This document shows positions 49,386 to 57,644 of a DNA stretch of 64,000 nucleotides, piece by piece. The stretch is from Candidatus Harrisonbacteria bacterium. Lineage in GTDB: Bacteria; Patescibacteriota; Minisyncoccia; UBA6257; UBA11618. The first letter of the stretch is position 1. Each line of letters starts with the position of its first letter. The notes beneath the pieces were generated by a model. That model saw only the letters and a program-made list of their open reading frames with translations. It ran no database searches and was not told the DNA's origin. The position numbers were made by a program, and so were the translations under genes. The stretch is from the NCBI GenBank assembly GCA_016867415.1, contig VGJO01000002.1, forward strand, positions 118,472 through 182,471, in the 5' to 3' direction.

Positions 49386-49768
49386 TGCGGAGCACGCCGG
49401 GCCTTCTTAAGACCAGGCTTCTTTCTTTCCACCATTCGCGAATCTCTGGTGAGAAAGCCTAGTTTCCGTAATCGCTTCCGATATTCTTCGTTATGCCGGA
49501 CAAGCGCTCTCGAGATAGCATGTCGCACCGCCTCCGCCTGAGCCGTCAATCCCCCACCCATCACTTTCACTGAAGCTCCTATCTGATCTGCTATATGAAG
49601 CCCCGCAAGAGCTTGTCCAGCAATAGATCGCTGACCGTCAGTTTTAAAATAGTCTTTGACAGACTTTCCATTAATAGTAATCGCCGTCTCTTTCATGAGT
49701 AAGCGGGCCCGCGCCGACGCGGTCTTTCTTCGTCCCACTCCTTCCACATATCGTTCCTTAGTCTTCAT
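49370..49768 (-). CDS. rpsI: 30S ribosomal protein S9
   Basis: GVGRRKTA, GGGLTAQAEA, ERKKPGLKKARRAPQWSKR. Confidence 0.99.
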   Translation of the reverse strand: MKTKERYVEGVGRRKTASARARLLMKETAITINGKSVKDYFKTDGQRSIAGQALAGLHIADQIGASVKVMGGGLTAQAEAVRHAISRALVRHNEEYRKRLRKLGFLTRDSRMVERKKPGLKKARRAPQWSKR

Positions 49769-49794
49769 AGTCTTTTGCTAAATAAATAAAAAAA

Positions 49795-50145
49795 TTAATT
49801 AGTGACCGATAAATTAGCCATCATTTTTCGACGAAGAGAATTCTTTGGAAGCATATTAAATACCGCTCGCCGCAAGACCCATTCTGGTGATTTTTCCATC
49901 GCCTGCTTTAAAGTCTTTTCCTTTAAGTGACCCATGTAGCCAGTATGTTTATAGTAGATCTTCTGGTCATATTTCTTACCAGAAAAATCCATCTTGCTAG
50001 CATTCATCACCACCACTTTTTCTGTCCCTGGTCGTTCGTGAGTATAGTCCGGTCGGTGCTTGCCCTGCAAAAGTACGGCAATCTCCGAAGCCAATCGTCC
50101 GAGTCTCTTTGCCGAAGCATCCAAGTTGTGAGTCTTTTTTTCCAT
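49795..50145 (-). CDS. rplM: 50S ribosomal protein L13 (short)
   Basis: LGRLASEIA..LQGKHRP.YT, YYKHTGYMG, AV..MLPKN. Confidence 0.98.
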   Translation of the reverse strand: MEKKTHNLDASAKRLGRLASEIAVLLQGKHRPDYTHERPGTEKVVVMNASKMDFSGKKYDQKIYYKHTGYMGHLKEKTLKQAMEKSPEWVLRRAVFNMLPKNSLRRKMMANLSVTN

Positions 50146-50150
50146 AATTA

Positions 50151-50498
50151 TTATTTCACGAGTTCAATTACCGCAAGCTTTGCCGCATCCCGCTTTCTCC
50201 GCTCGCCTAATTTCACAATTCGGGTATAGCCGCCATTTCGCTCTTTATACTTCGGAGCAATTTCATAAAAAAGCTTCTCCGCTGCCTCCTTGCTATTAAG
50301 CCGGGAAATAGCCAATCGAAGATCACTCACCCGATTCCGTCGAGTAATAGTGACGAGTCGCTCAAAAAGCGGCCGCACAAAGCGAGCTCGATCCTCCGTC
50401 GTCTTCATTTTGCCATGCATGATCAAATTTACCGCTAAATTGCGAATAAACGACCGCCGCATACCCTTCTTTCTATGAAATTTCTTAACTAAAGCCAT
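50151..50498 (-). CDS. rplQ: 50S ribosomal protein L17
   Basis: TT..RA, ERNGGYTRIVKL..R..DAA.LAVIELV. Confidence 0.98.
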   Translation of the reverse strand: MALVKKFHRKKGMRRSFIRNLAVNLIMHGKMKTTEDRARFVRPLFERLVTITRRNRVSDLRLAISRLNSKEAAEKLFYEIAPKYKERNGGYTRIVKLGERRKRDAAKLAVIELVK

Positions 50499-50600
50499 AC
50501 CAAAATAAATGTTTACAAATTCTACTATAACCCAAACAAAAAATCAATACTAAAAATTTTCAAAATAAAAGCATTATTTCATCACGCTAGCACCCAGCAT

Positions 50601-50811
50601 AAGCGAAGTAATTTTGAGCTTATTTTCGTTCTTCTTTTCTAAAAAGGTACCGGAGCATACTACAGGAAGTATGTGAGGAACGTTTTTAGAAAAAAGGATG
50701 AGCCTCCACTACTACTAGATAAACAAAGAAAAAGAAGAAACAGAATAATCAGTAGAAGAGAGATAAGGTCGGCTACACGAGCGAAAGAAGCCAAAAATAC
50801 GAGCGTTCTCT
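50601..50811. repeat. Family-1 repeat with nested GAGCCTCCAC module, abutting the rpoA stop
   Basis: GCGAAGTAATTTTG...CGGAGCATACT..AGTATGTGAG...GAGCCTCCACTACT...AGATAAGGTCGGC...CCAAAAATACGAGCG. Confidence 0.85.
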
Positions 50812-51549
50812 TTACTTCTTTTTTTCTTTCTTCGAAGAAGAAACCGAAGAAGATGTAATTTCAAAGAGAGAAATCTTTTGGAAGTGTTCTTGGAGCACCG
50901 TACACGCCTTGTGCAATGCCTCCGAAGGACTCGTCGAACCATCCGTCTCAATCTGAATCAAGACTTTATTATAGTCTGTCCGATCCCCTACCCGCATGTT
51001 CTGCACGGTAAAATTAGCCTTAATAATCGGAGAAAAAATTGCATCCAAGACAATCACCCCCACTGGCAGCTTTTCAGTCTTCATTGATTCCGCAGTTCGA
51101 TAACCCAAGCCATTTTCTACGGTAATTTCCATATCAAGCTCCGCTGATTTATTCGACAATTGAGCGATATGCGCCTCCGGATTAATCACTTCGACTTCGG
51201 AATTAACCTTTATGTCCCCTGCAGTCACTTCCTTTTCTCCTTTTACTTTAAGAGATAAGACCTGTGGCTCTTCCGAATGAAGCGTAAATCGAATTTTCTT
51301 AAGATTAAGCAAAAGCTCTACCACATCCTCTACCATGCCTGGTAAAGTAGAAAACTCATGATTAACATCCTTTAACTTTATTCGGGTAATCGCCGCGCCC
51401 TTCAAAGAAGAATAAAGTACTCGCCGCAAAGCGCTACCAATCGTAATCCCATATCCGGTATAGAGGCCTTCAATCTCAAACTCACCCGTAGTGGCCGTCT
51501 CTTTGACCTTTTTTATCTGTAATGCCTCGGAAATATTTGTTATTTTCAT
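50812..51549 (-). CDS. rpoA: RNA polymerase alpha subunit (N-terminal domain only)
   Basis: GYGITIGSALRRVL.SSL.GAA, HEFST.PG..EDV, DAIFSP, VGDRTDY, ETDGS; ends before the alpha-CTD. Confidence 0.97.
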   Translation of the reverse strand: MKITNISEALQIKKVKETATTGEFEIEGLYTGYGITIGSALRRVLYSSLKGAAITRIKLKDVNHEFSTLPGMVEDVVELLLNLKKIRFTLHSEEPQVLSLKVKGEKEVTAGDIKVNSEVEVINPEAHIAQLSNKSAELDMEITVENGLGYRTAESMKTEKLPVGVIVLDAIFSPIIKANFTVQNMRVGDRTDYNKVLIQIETDGSTSPSEALHKACTVLQEHFQKISLFEITSSSVSSSKKEKKK

Positions 51550-51635
51550 GTATTCTGAATCCTTATAGAGCAAGATAATCTCAAGCTCACAGGAACATTG
51601 CTTTTATATTCAGACTATTTATATTAAAGAATAAA

Positions 51636-52250
51636 CTATTTTGCGTAATAGTCAACAACGATGTTTATCTCAAATGGAGATTCCACATCTTTTGGCTTTG
51701 CCGTTACCTTACCCTGAAGCTTATCTTTATCAATTTCCAGCCACACTGGTGCCTCATGCCGCTTAATAGTATTTGGGAGATCGGCAAATAAAGGGTGAGT
51801 CTTTGATTGTTCTCTAATAGCCACTATATCCCCCACCTTCATTTCTCGGGAAGGAATAGTCACTTTCCGTCCATTTACCGTAATATGACCATGAGAAACA
51901 AGTTGTCTTGCAATTGCTCGTGAAGCAGCAAGACCCAAGCGATAGATAACATTGTCTAATCGGCTTTCCAAAAGCTGCAAGATCGCCACGCTGGTCGACA
52001 TCTTGGATTTATTTGCCCTGAAAAACAAATTTTTCAAATATGTCTCAGAAATTCCATAGGTATAGCGAATCTTCTGCTTTTCCATGAGCTGAAGACCCGT
52101 TTCCGACAATGCCTTTCTCCGAGCCTTGCCATGCATACCGGGTCGAAAAGGCCGTTTGGCCATCGCCGACTTTGGCGTCGCGCTCCGATAAGCCTTTAGA
52201 CCAAGTTTTACTCCGAGCGCTCGTTCTATCTTTTCTTTAGTAGTAAACAT
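51636..52250 (-). CDS. rpsD: 30S ribosomal protein S4
   Basis: PGMHG, EKQK.R..YG, LESRLDNVIYRLG, ARQLVSHGH. Confidence 0.99.
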   Translation of the reverse strand: MFTTKEKIERALGVKLGLKAYRSATPKSAMAKRPFRPGMHGKARRKALSETGLQLMEKQKIRYTYGISETYLKNLFFRANKSKMSTSVAILQLLESRLDNVIYRLGLAASRAIARQLVSHGHITVNGRKVTIPSREMKVGDIVAIREQSKTHPLFADLPNTIKRHEAPVWLEIDKDKLQGKVTAKPKDVESPFEINIVVDYYAK

Positions 52251-52256
52251 AAAAAA

Positions 52257-52706
52257 TTAAATTTTTCTAGCTTTCTTTGGCTTAGGACCATTATGTGGAA
52301 TAGGAGTGACATCTTTAATTCCTAAAATAGTAAAACCATTATTAAGCAAAGATCGCACTGCGGAGTCTCTACCACCACCCACACCATTCACATAGACCGT
52401 CACATTAAACGGGCCGGACTTCTTAAGCTTTTCCGCAATCGCCGCAATAATCTTACTTGCCGCAAATGGCGTCGCCTTCTTTGGTCCAGAAAATCCCAAG
52501 GAGCCTGCTGATGCCCAAGCAATTACATTCCCTTTGGCGTCCGTGACCGTAATATGAGTATTATTGTAAGAAGCTTTGATGTATACTCGGCCTTCCTCCA
52601 CCTTTGAAGAAACGCTCTTTGCCATTTTGACCATAGCGGTCTCAACAGCCTCACCTTGCTTTAACACCTCTTCCTGACTTTCTGCTGCTACTTTTTTCTT
52701 TCCCAT
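52257..52706 (-). CDS. rpsK: 30S ribosomal protein S11
   Basis: ASYNNT, WASAG..GF.G.KK.TPFAA, DVTPIPHNG. Confidence 0.99.
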   Translation of the reverse strand: MGKKKVAAESQEEVLKQGEAVETAMVKMAKSVSSKVEEGRVYIKASYNNTHITVTDAKGNVIAWASAGSLGFSGPKKATPFAASKIIAAIAEKLKKSGPFNVTVYVNGVGGGRDSAVRSLLNNGFTILGIKDVTPIPHNGPKPKKARKI

Positions 52707-52717
52707 ATATAAAATCG

Positions 52718-53101
52718 TTACTTAAGATCAACTTTTCTCTTACCCGATCCGGCCGTCTTACGCACATTACCCCGCACCGTTCTCGAATTGGTCTTCGTTC
52801 GCTGACCGTGCACCGGCAACTTTCTCATGTGTCGAAGACCTCGATACGCCCCAATTTCTTTTAAGAGCTGGACATTCTGCCGAATCTGTAATCGAAGCTC
52901 TCCCTCTACTTTATAATTTTTTTCAATATATTCCTTAAGAAGTCCCACTTCGTTTGCCGCTAAATCTTTAGCTCGCTTATTTGGATCTATCTTTGTTGCT
53001 TGTAAAATTTCCCGAGCGGCAGTAAAACCCACACCGTAAATATAGGGTAATGCCCGCTCAATTCTCTTATTATCCGGAATATTGATACCAAGAAGTCTCA
53101 T
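52718..53101 (-). CDS. rpsM: 30S ribosomal protein S13
   Basis: IYGVG, VEGELR, YRGLRH..KLPV.GQRTKTN.RT. Confidence 0.99.
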   Translation of the reverse strand: MRLLGINIPDNKRIERALPYIYGVGFTAAREILQATKIDPNKRAKDLAANEVGLLKEYIEKNYKVEGELRLQIRQNVQLLKEIGAYRGLRHMRKLPVHGQRTKTNSRTVRGNVRKTAGSGKRKVDLK

Positions 53102-53108
53102 AATTTAT

Positions 53109-53222
53109 TTAGCCTTGTCGCTGTTTGTGCTTAGGCGTCTTGCAGATCACAAAAACTCTTCCTCCTCTGCGGACGGTCTTACAATGCAAACATCTCTTTT
53201 TTACCGAAGATTGTACCTTCAT
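53109..53222 (-). CDS. rpmJ: 50S ribosomal protein L36 (missing from the ORF track)
   Basis: Manual translation [37 protein letters not shown]. Confidence 0.97.
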   Translation of the reverse strand: MKVQSSVKKRCLHCKTVRRGGRVFVICKTPKHKQRQG

Positions 53223-53230
53223 AAATATAT

Positions 53231-53449
53231 TTATAATCGTCGCGTAATTCGCCCGCGATCAACGTCATATGGAGTCATCTCCACCTGCACCTTATCTCCA
53301 GGCAATACTTTTATATAATGCATGCGCATTTTGCCTGAAAGATGAGCCAAAATCAAGCGCCCATCCTCAAGCTCTACCCGGAAATTAGTTCCCGGAAGAT
53401 TTTCAAGAACAGTTCCCGAAACTTTTATGACGTTATTATCTTGAGTCAT
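53231..53449 (-). CDS. infA: Translation initiation factor IF-1
   Basis: [33 protein letters not shown]. Confidence 0.99.
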   Translation of the reverse strand: MTQDNNVIKVSGTVLENLPGTNFRVELEDGRLILAHLSGKMRMHYIKVLPGDKVQVEMTPYDVDRGRITRRL

Positions 53450-53522
53450 TAGAAACCCCTATGTATAACAGCTAAAAAGCCGTAAAAACATGTAAGAGAA
53501 AGTCTAACATAGCCCACTCCTG

Positions 53523-55220
53523 CTAGTCAACAGTGACATGTATCTTTTCAGGAGCCATCGGCGCTGATCCCGCCCAAATTGGGAAAAAAGAGATATCTGC
53601 TTTCTTAAGGCCTGGAATAGCTAAAATCATTGCTTGTAATTCCGCCTCATTCTTACCTACTAACATCTTTCTTACTGATTGAGGATCAATCACCTGTTCT
53701 GCCTTCGCCGTAAATACTGTATTAAGCTTAATTCTCTGCAAGGAAGGATCGCTTGCTTCAGCCATCGAATAGGTAAGAGTATGACTCTTTAATCTCCACC
53801 CCTCTCCAAGACCAGTAAGAGTTTTCGTCTCAAGGAGTTTCGAAAGATCTACTTCCTTAAAAGCTAAGATCTGCATCTCGCCTTCAAAGAAGGCGGCAAA
53901 CTTTCCCACCTCTCTCGACTCTGATTTAATCACTTCCTTCGTCAAGAAAAACTTTTCTGCATTTGGTAAGACTGTATAGCCTTTTGGAATCTGTTTGGAT
54001 AATTCAAGAGAAAGAGCCTGCCGAAAAGCATTTGTCACCTGCTCTCGAGCCTTAGCCATATCTTGGTCCGTAGGATATGCGATTTCTCCCATAAATCCTC
54101 CTGCTAATTGATTTCGAAGCTCTCCATAAAAACCAGCGTACTTTTCAGGAAATTGTTTGAATCCAGGAATAGTAAGTTTAGCCACAGGACCAATGTTGTA
54201 CTCCGCTCCCGCCTTGTCAGCAATCACTTCCGCTTCCGTAAGCGAAGGGGTTATCTTGCCATTTACAATTTTTGCCCCCGGCACAGTCACCGCCTCCGTC
54301 AAGCGAAAAATCTTTCCATCCTTCTCAAATCGAGTATTTTTAACAAGTGGCTGAGCTTCCGAACTGTACGCGTTATAAATATAAATCCTTCCTTTTGATT
54401 TTTCCGCTACCTGCTTCTTGGAAGATGCCGAAAAAAGAAATTCCCCATTCTTTGTCTTGGAAAAAATCTCTCCTGGCACCTCCCCAGGAATCGCCTGGCC
54501 CACTCCTACTATCATCTTTTCATTCAAAGTAATCTCCTTTTTCTTGGTAGTAATCGCAATCGTTGCTTGCTTGAAGTATTCTGTGCCATAGATCCCTAAT
54601 CCTAGGATTGCTATGAGTCCCAAAAGCACCTTCGTCACTGCCGCCACTGGAAACTTTCCCGGCTTTGTCTCCCGTGGCGCATACGCTCGCGAGAGACCCT
54701 CTTCTGCCTGCAAAAAAACATCATCTCCCACCCGCTCCCCATATGTCTTTGGCCGGGCAACTCCAGCATATACTTCTTCCTCTTCAGTCTCCTCTCCTAC
54801 TTCCTCTTCTTCCTCAGCTTCTTCTTCCGCTTCTCCGTCAGAATCCGGAGTCGGCGAATCTGGCTTCGGCTCTCCCACACCTTCCTCATCCTCTTCTTCG
54901 TCTCTGTAGCCCATTCCCGTCATCTTCGGCGCCACCTCTCCATTTTCTTTCTCTTTTTCAAAAAAAGGATTATAGGCTTTAAGACCCAAATCCCGAGCAT
55001 GAGCAAGGATCTTTTCATCCACCGATTCAATCGATAATTCAATAGAAAGAGTCTTTGCCCCCTCCTGTAAAAAAGCTAAAGCCGCGATCTTTGGATTAGC
55101 AATCTCCGCTCCTTTTGGTACTACGAGCACCAACTCTCCTTTTTGAGCAGCAAAGACTCGCGCCGCAACCTCCGGAAGTTTCTCCTTTTTCCCAACCTCA
55201 ATTCGTACTCGTTCCTTCAT
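53523..55220 (-). CDS. Membrane protein with acidic linker and baseplate-J-like extracellular region
   Basis: TM helix, then KSKG.IYIYN, LV..TRF, V.VPG, A...GAEYNI, GG motifs. Confidence 0.6.
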   Translation of the reverse strand: MKERVRIEVGKKEKLPEVAARVFAAQKGELVLVVPKGAEIANPKIAALAFLQEGAKTLSIELSIESVDEKILAHARDLGLKAYNPFFEKEKENGEVAPKMTGMGYRDEEEDEEGVGEPKPDSPTPDSDGEAEEEAEEEEEVGEETEEEEVYAGVARPKTYGERVGDDVFLQAEEGLSRAYAPRETKPGKFPVAAVTKVLLGLIAILGLGIYGTEYFKQATIAITTKKKEITLNEKMIVGVGQAIPGEVPGEIFSKTKNGEFLFSASSKKQVAEKSKGRIYIYNAYSSEAQPLVKNTRFEKDGKIFRLTEAVTVPGAKIVNGKITPSLTEAEVIADKAGAEYNIGPVAKLTIPGFKQFPEKYAGFYGELRNQLAGGFMGEIAYPTDQDMAKAREQVTNAFRQALSLELSKQIPKGYTVLPNAEKFFLTKEVIKSESREVGKFAAFFEGEMQILAFKEVDLSKLLETKTLTGLGEGWRLKSHTLTYSMAEASDPSLQRIKLNTVFTAKAEQVIDPQSVRKMLVGKNEAELQAMILAIPGLKKADISFFPIWAGSAPMAPEKIHVTVD

Positions 55221-55270
55221 ATTATAATTATATATTTCTTCTAAAAATCTGTAAGAGCTTCAGCTTTGGA

Positions 55271-56392
55271 TTATAAAATCCCCATCCACTCCATCCGACG
55301 CTTAAGAAGTGAAATAAGTCGAGGATCACCTCCTCGAAACAAGACTTCTCCAAAATGCAGCAAAAAAAGCAAAAATCCCGGTCGCACCCTCTCCCCTTCT
55401 TTATAATCAAATGATACCAATCCTGCATCAAAAGAAAAAGCTTTATTTTTCCCCAAATCTACCTCCGCCACCCCGCTCTTTCTCCCCCTCTCTCCCTGTG
55501 AAAAAGAAAAGTCCTGATATGGTGCAAATAATATCCCCTCCTTCACCCCCTTCCGCTTGCAAAAAGCAAATAAAAGAGCTCTCAACTTTTCTTCCTCATC
55601 TTTATACAGCATCTCAATTTTTTCTCTTACCTCTCTACTCATCCCTCCGCTCTCATAAAGCGCCATGATCATTTTTCCCTCCCCCGCTCCCACTCCAAGC
55701 ATTTCTTCTAACTCACTCCTCAAAGCTTGCAAGCCTCGCACCTCATTCCCTATTTGCCGCTCCGCTCCTGATCCTTCCTCAACAAAAAATAAATCCCTGT
55801 GCCCTAGAAAAAACACCCCTTGCTCTCCTCGCCGCAAAGAAAGAGAAAAAGGAAGAAAAAAAGTACTGCAGCCCACTTCAGGAAAGTGAGAAAGTAATTC
55901 TTTCATTTCTTTAGTGCAAAAAATCACTGCAATCCGCACCTTGATCTCCCGCACCGATTCCTCAAACACCCTCTCTATATTTTCTTCTTTCTTCCCATCA
56001 ATCTCCCATTGAAGCAAAGATATGGAATAAAGTCTTTGTTCTGCCTCCATTCCCGCAAGTGCCTCTTGCAAAAGCCGCGATATCATCCCATCAAGCTCCC
56101 CCTCCTCCAATCTCCTTCCCGAAAGATCCCAAAAAAGATGCACCCACCGCATCCGTCCCACCAATCGAGAATCCGAAAAAAATGCGTATCGAAAAAAATC
56201 TTTCCCCTTCCCTGAGATTTCCTTCATTGTCATCAGCATTTCCCTCACTCCCTCCCCTTCAGAAACAAAAGAAAAGCGCGTCTCTTCCCGCCTCTCCCCC
56301 GAAAAAGATTTCACAAACCGATACGTAAAAAATTTTCCCCCATCCTCAAACCCCAAAACCCCCTCCTTCATATACTGCGATTGTACACCCAT
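55271..56392 (-). CDS. Hypothetical protein (possibly a degenerate FtsA/actin-like fold)
   Basis: 373 aa ORF with host-like composition. The family guess rests on weak motifs (IDGK, G...L...L...LGV...E). Confidence 0.5.
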   Translation of the reverse strand: MGVQSQYMKEGVLGFEDGGKFFTYRFVKSFSGERREETRFSFVSEGEGVREMLMTMKEISGKGKDFFRYAFFSDSRLVGRMRWVHLFWDLSGRRLEEGELDGMISRLLQEALAGMEAEQRLYSISLLQWEIDGKKEENIERVFEESVREIKVRIAVIFCTKEMKELLSHFPEVGCSTFFLPFSLSLRRGEQGVFFLGHRDLFFVEEGSGAERQIGNEVRGLQALRSELEEMLGVGAGEGKMIMALYESGGMSREVREKIEMLYKDEEEKLRALLFAFCKRKGVKEGILFAPYQDFSFSQGERGRKSGVAEVDLGKNKAFSFDAGLVSFDYKEGERVRPGFLLFLLHFGEVLFRGGDPRLISLLKRRMEWMGIL

Positions 56393-56463
56393 TTTCCTCT
56401 TTAACTCTAAGAATAAATCTTTAGAGTACTAATAGAGATAAAAAGACAAGTGATACTTCTATG

Positions 56464-56534
56464 TCGGGCTGCCGGGAATCGAACCCGGGCTACAAACACC
56501 CCATGCTCGCGTACTACCATTATACTACAGCCCG
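56464..56534 (-). tRNA. tRNA-Pro(GGG)
   Basis: CGGGCTG/CAGCCCG acceptor, CGAGC-ATGGGGT-GTTTG anticodon arm, GGTTCGATTCC. Confidence 0.92.
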
Positions 56535-56654
56535 TAGTATTACTTTCTGCAAAATTTTACCCTAAAAATCCCCTTTAATCCAGCCAAAATAAAATCCCGT
56601 GCTTACGGGATTTTATTTATATTATGTCTTTTGTTTAAATAACAGCGAATAACG

Positions 56655-56782
56655 TAAGCGAAGTAATTTTGGATGGAGTTTGCGATTTCTTTTCGAGCAG
56701 GCACCGCAGCATACTGGGCTAAGTCTGTGAGGAGCCAGCGGAGAAAAAAATCGCAAAATCCGCCAAAATTACAAGCACCCAG
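56655..56782. repeat. Family-1 repeat abutting the rpmB stop
   Basis: Arms nearly identical to the 16403 copy (TTTTGGATGGAGTTTGCGATTTCTTT / AAAAAATCGCAAAATCCGCCAAAA). Confidence 0.92.
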
Positions 56783-56971
56783 CTACTTGGTAGACTTAAC
56801 AGAAGTCCGCATGCATTGAGTACACAACAAACCCCTACTTCCATCAGGCAAAGTTCCCTTCTGTAAATTCGGCTGCTTTCTCGTCCAATTCACCGGATTA
56901 TAATGGCCGCGCAAGAGCTTTCTCGCCCCCACCATTCGCGATCCTTTTTTACACACTGCACACTGTCTCAT
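56783..56971 (-). CDS. rpmB: 50S ribosomal protein L28
   Basis: RQCAVC.KG, T.R.QPNLQ, CTQCMRT. Confidence 0.88.
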   Translation of the reverse strand: MRQCAVCKKGSRMVGARKLLRGHYNPVNWTRKQPNLQKGTLPDGSRGLLCTQCMRTSVKSTK

Positions 56972-56994
56972 ACAAGTAAAATTAAGTATCCGTA

Positions 56995-57023
56995 ATTCTA
57001 CCTTATCTCCTCTTTTTTTGCAA
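56995..57023 (-). promoter_or_regulatory. Sigma70 promoter for rpmB
   Basis: TTGCAA-17 bp-TAGAAT. Confidence 0.7.
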
Positions 57024-57219
57024 ATGAATCAGAGCGGACGGCAAAAAAATCATGTAGCCACACCATATCCTGCCTATCCGGCTGCCTTGCCTCCCCCGAC
57101 GCGCCGATTGGTTGCACCACATAAATGATCTTATATTGGAGAAGTTCCTTTTTCCTAATATGTTCCCATACCACCTGATCCTGTGTTACTCATGTTGTCT
57201 TCGCCGTCCATCATACCAC

Positions 57220-57598
57220 CTGAGCCTTTGTTTTCTTAAAAAAAATAATTCAATCGAAGATTGAAGAAAAAAGTCTTTGACTTTTTGCTCACCCCTCCAC
57301 TCTCTCCTCTCTTTATTACATCTCAATCTCTGCGCCAGCAAAGAACTCTACCTTTCCCGTGAGTGACCTTCTGCAGGACGAGCTTCCACAAAGAAAAATA
57401 TTCTTTAAAGAAAAAAACAAAAGCATCAGTATAAAAAGACTAAAACAAGATAAAGTCAGCGAGGCATGGTTTTTTCATGGTGTTATTTTTTCTTCTTCTT
57501 TCCCAAAAATAACACCATGAAAAATTTTCTCCGAAGCCTGAATGAAAGCTCGCAGGAGCTTTCATGTGTCACGAAGGGGAAAGGTGGGGTTCTTCTAA
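57220..57598. repeat. Family-2 repeat with nested GAGCTTCCAC module, downstream of alaS
   Basis: TGAGCCTTTGTTTT, AAAAAGTC/GACTTTTT, CCCCTCCAC, GAGTGACC...GTCACGAAG, two internal hairpins. Confidence 0.88.
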
Positions 57599-57610
57599 AA
57601 GATAAAAAGT

Positions 57611-57642
57611 ACTGGATTCCAGCTCGGGGGCCGGAATGACAA
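57611..57642. repeat. CTGGATTCC...GGAATGACA short palindrome abutting the alaS stop
   Basis: Inverted relative of 16120, 23332 and 40008. Confidence 0.65.
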
Positions 57643-57644
57643 GC

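Noticed and set aside
57030-57222. 6S RNA call
   Set aside because: The interior is asymmetric and lacks a clear central bubble. Kept only as an unassigned candidate.
23408-57598. Family 2 as T-box riboswitches because they lie near gatB, proS and alaS
   Set aside because: They are downstream rather than upstream of those genes and lack the GGTGGNACCGCG T-box motif.
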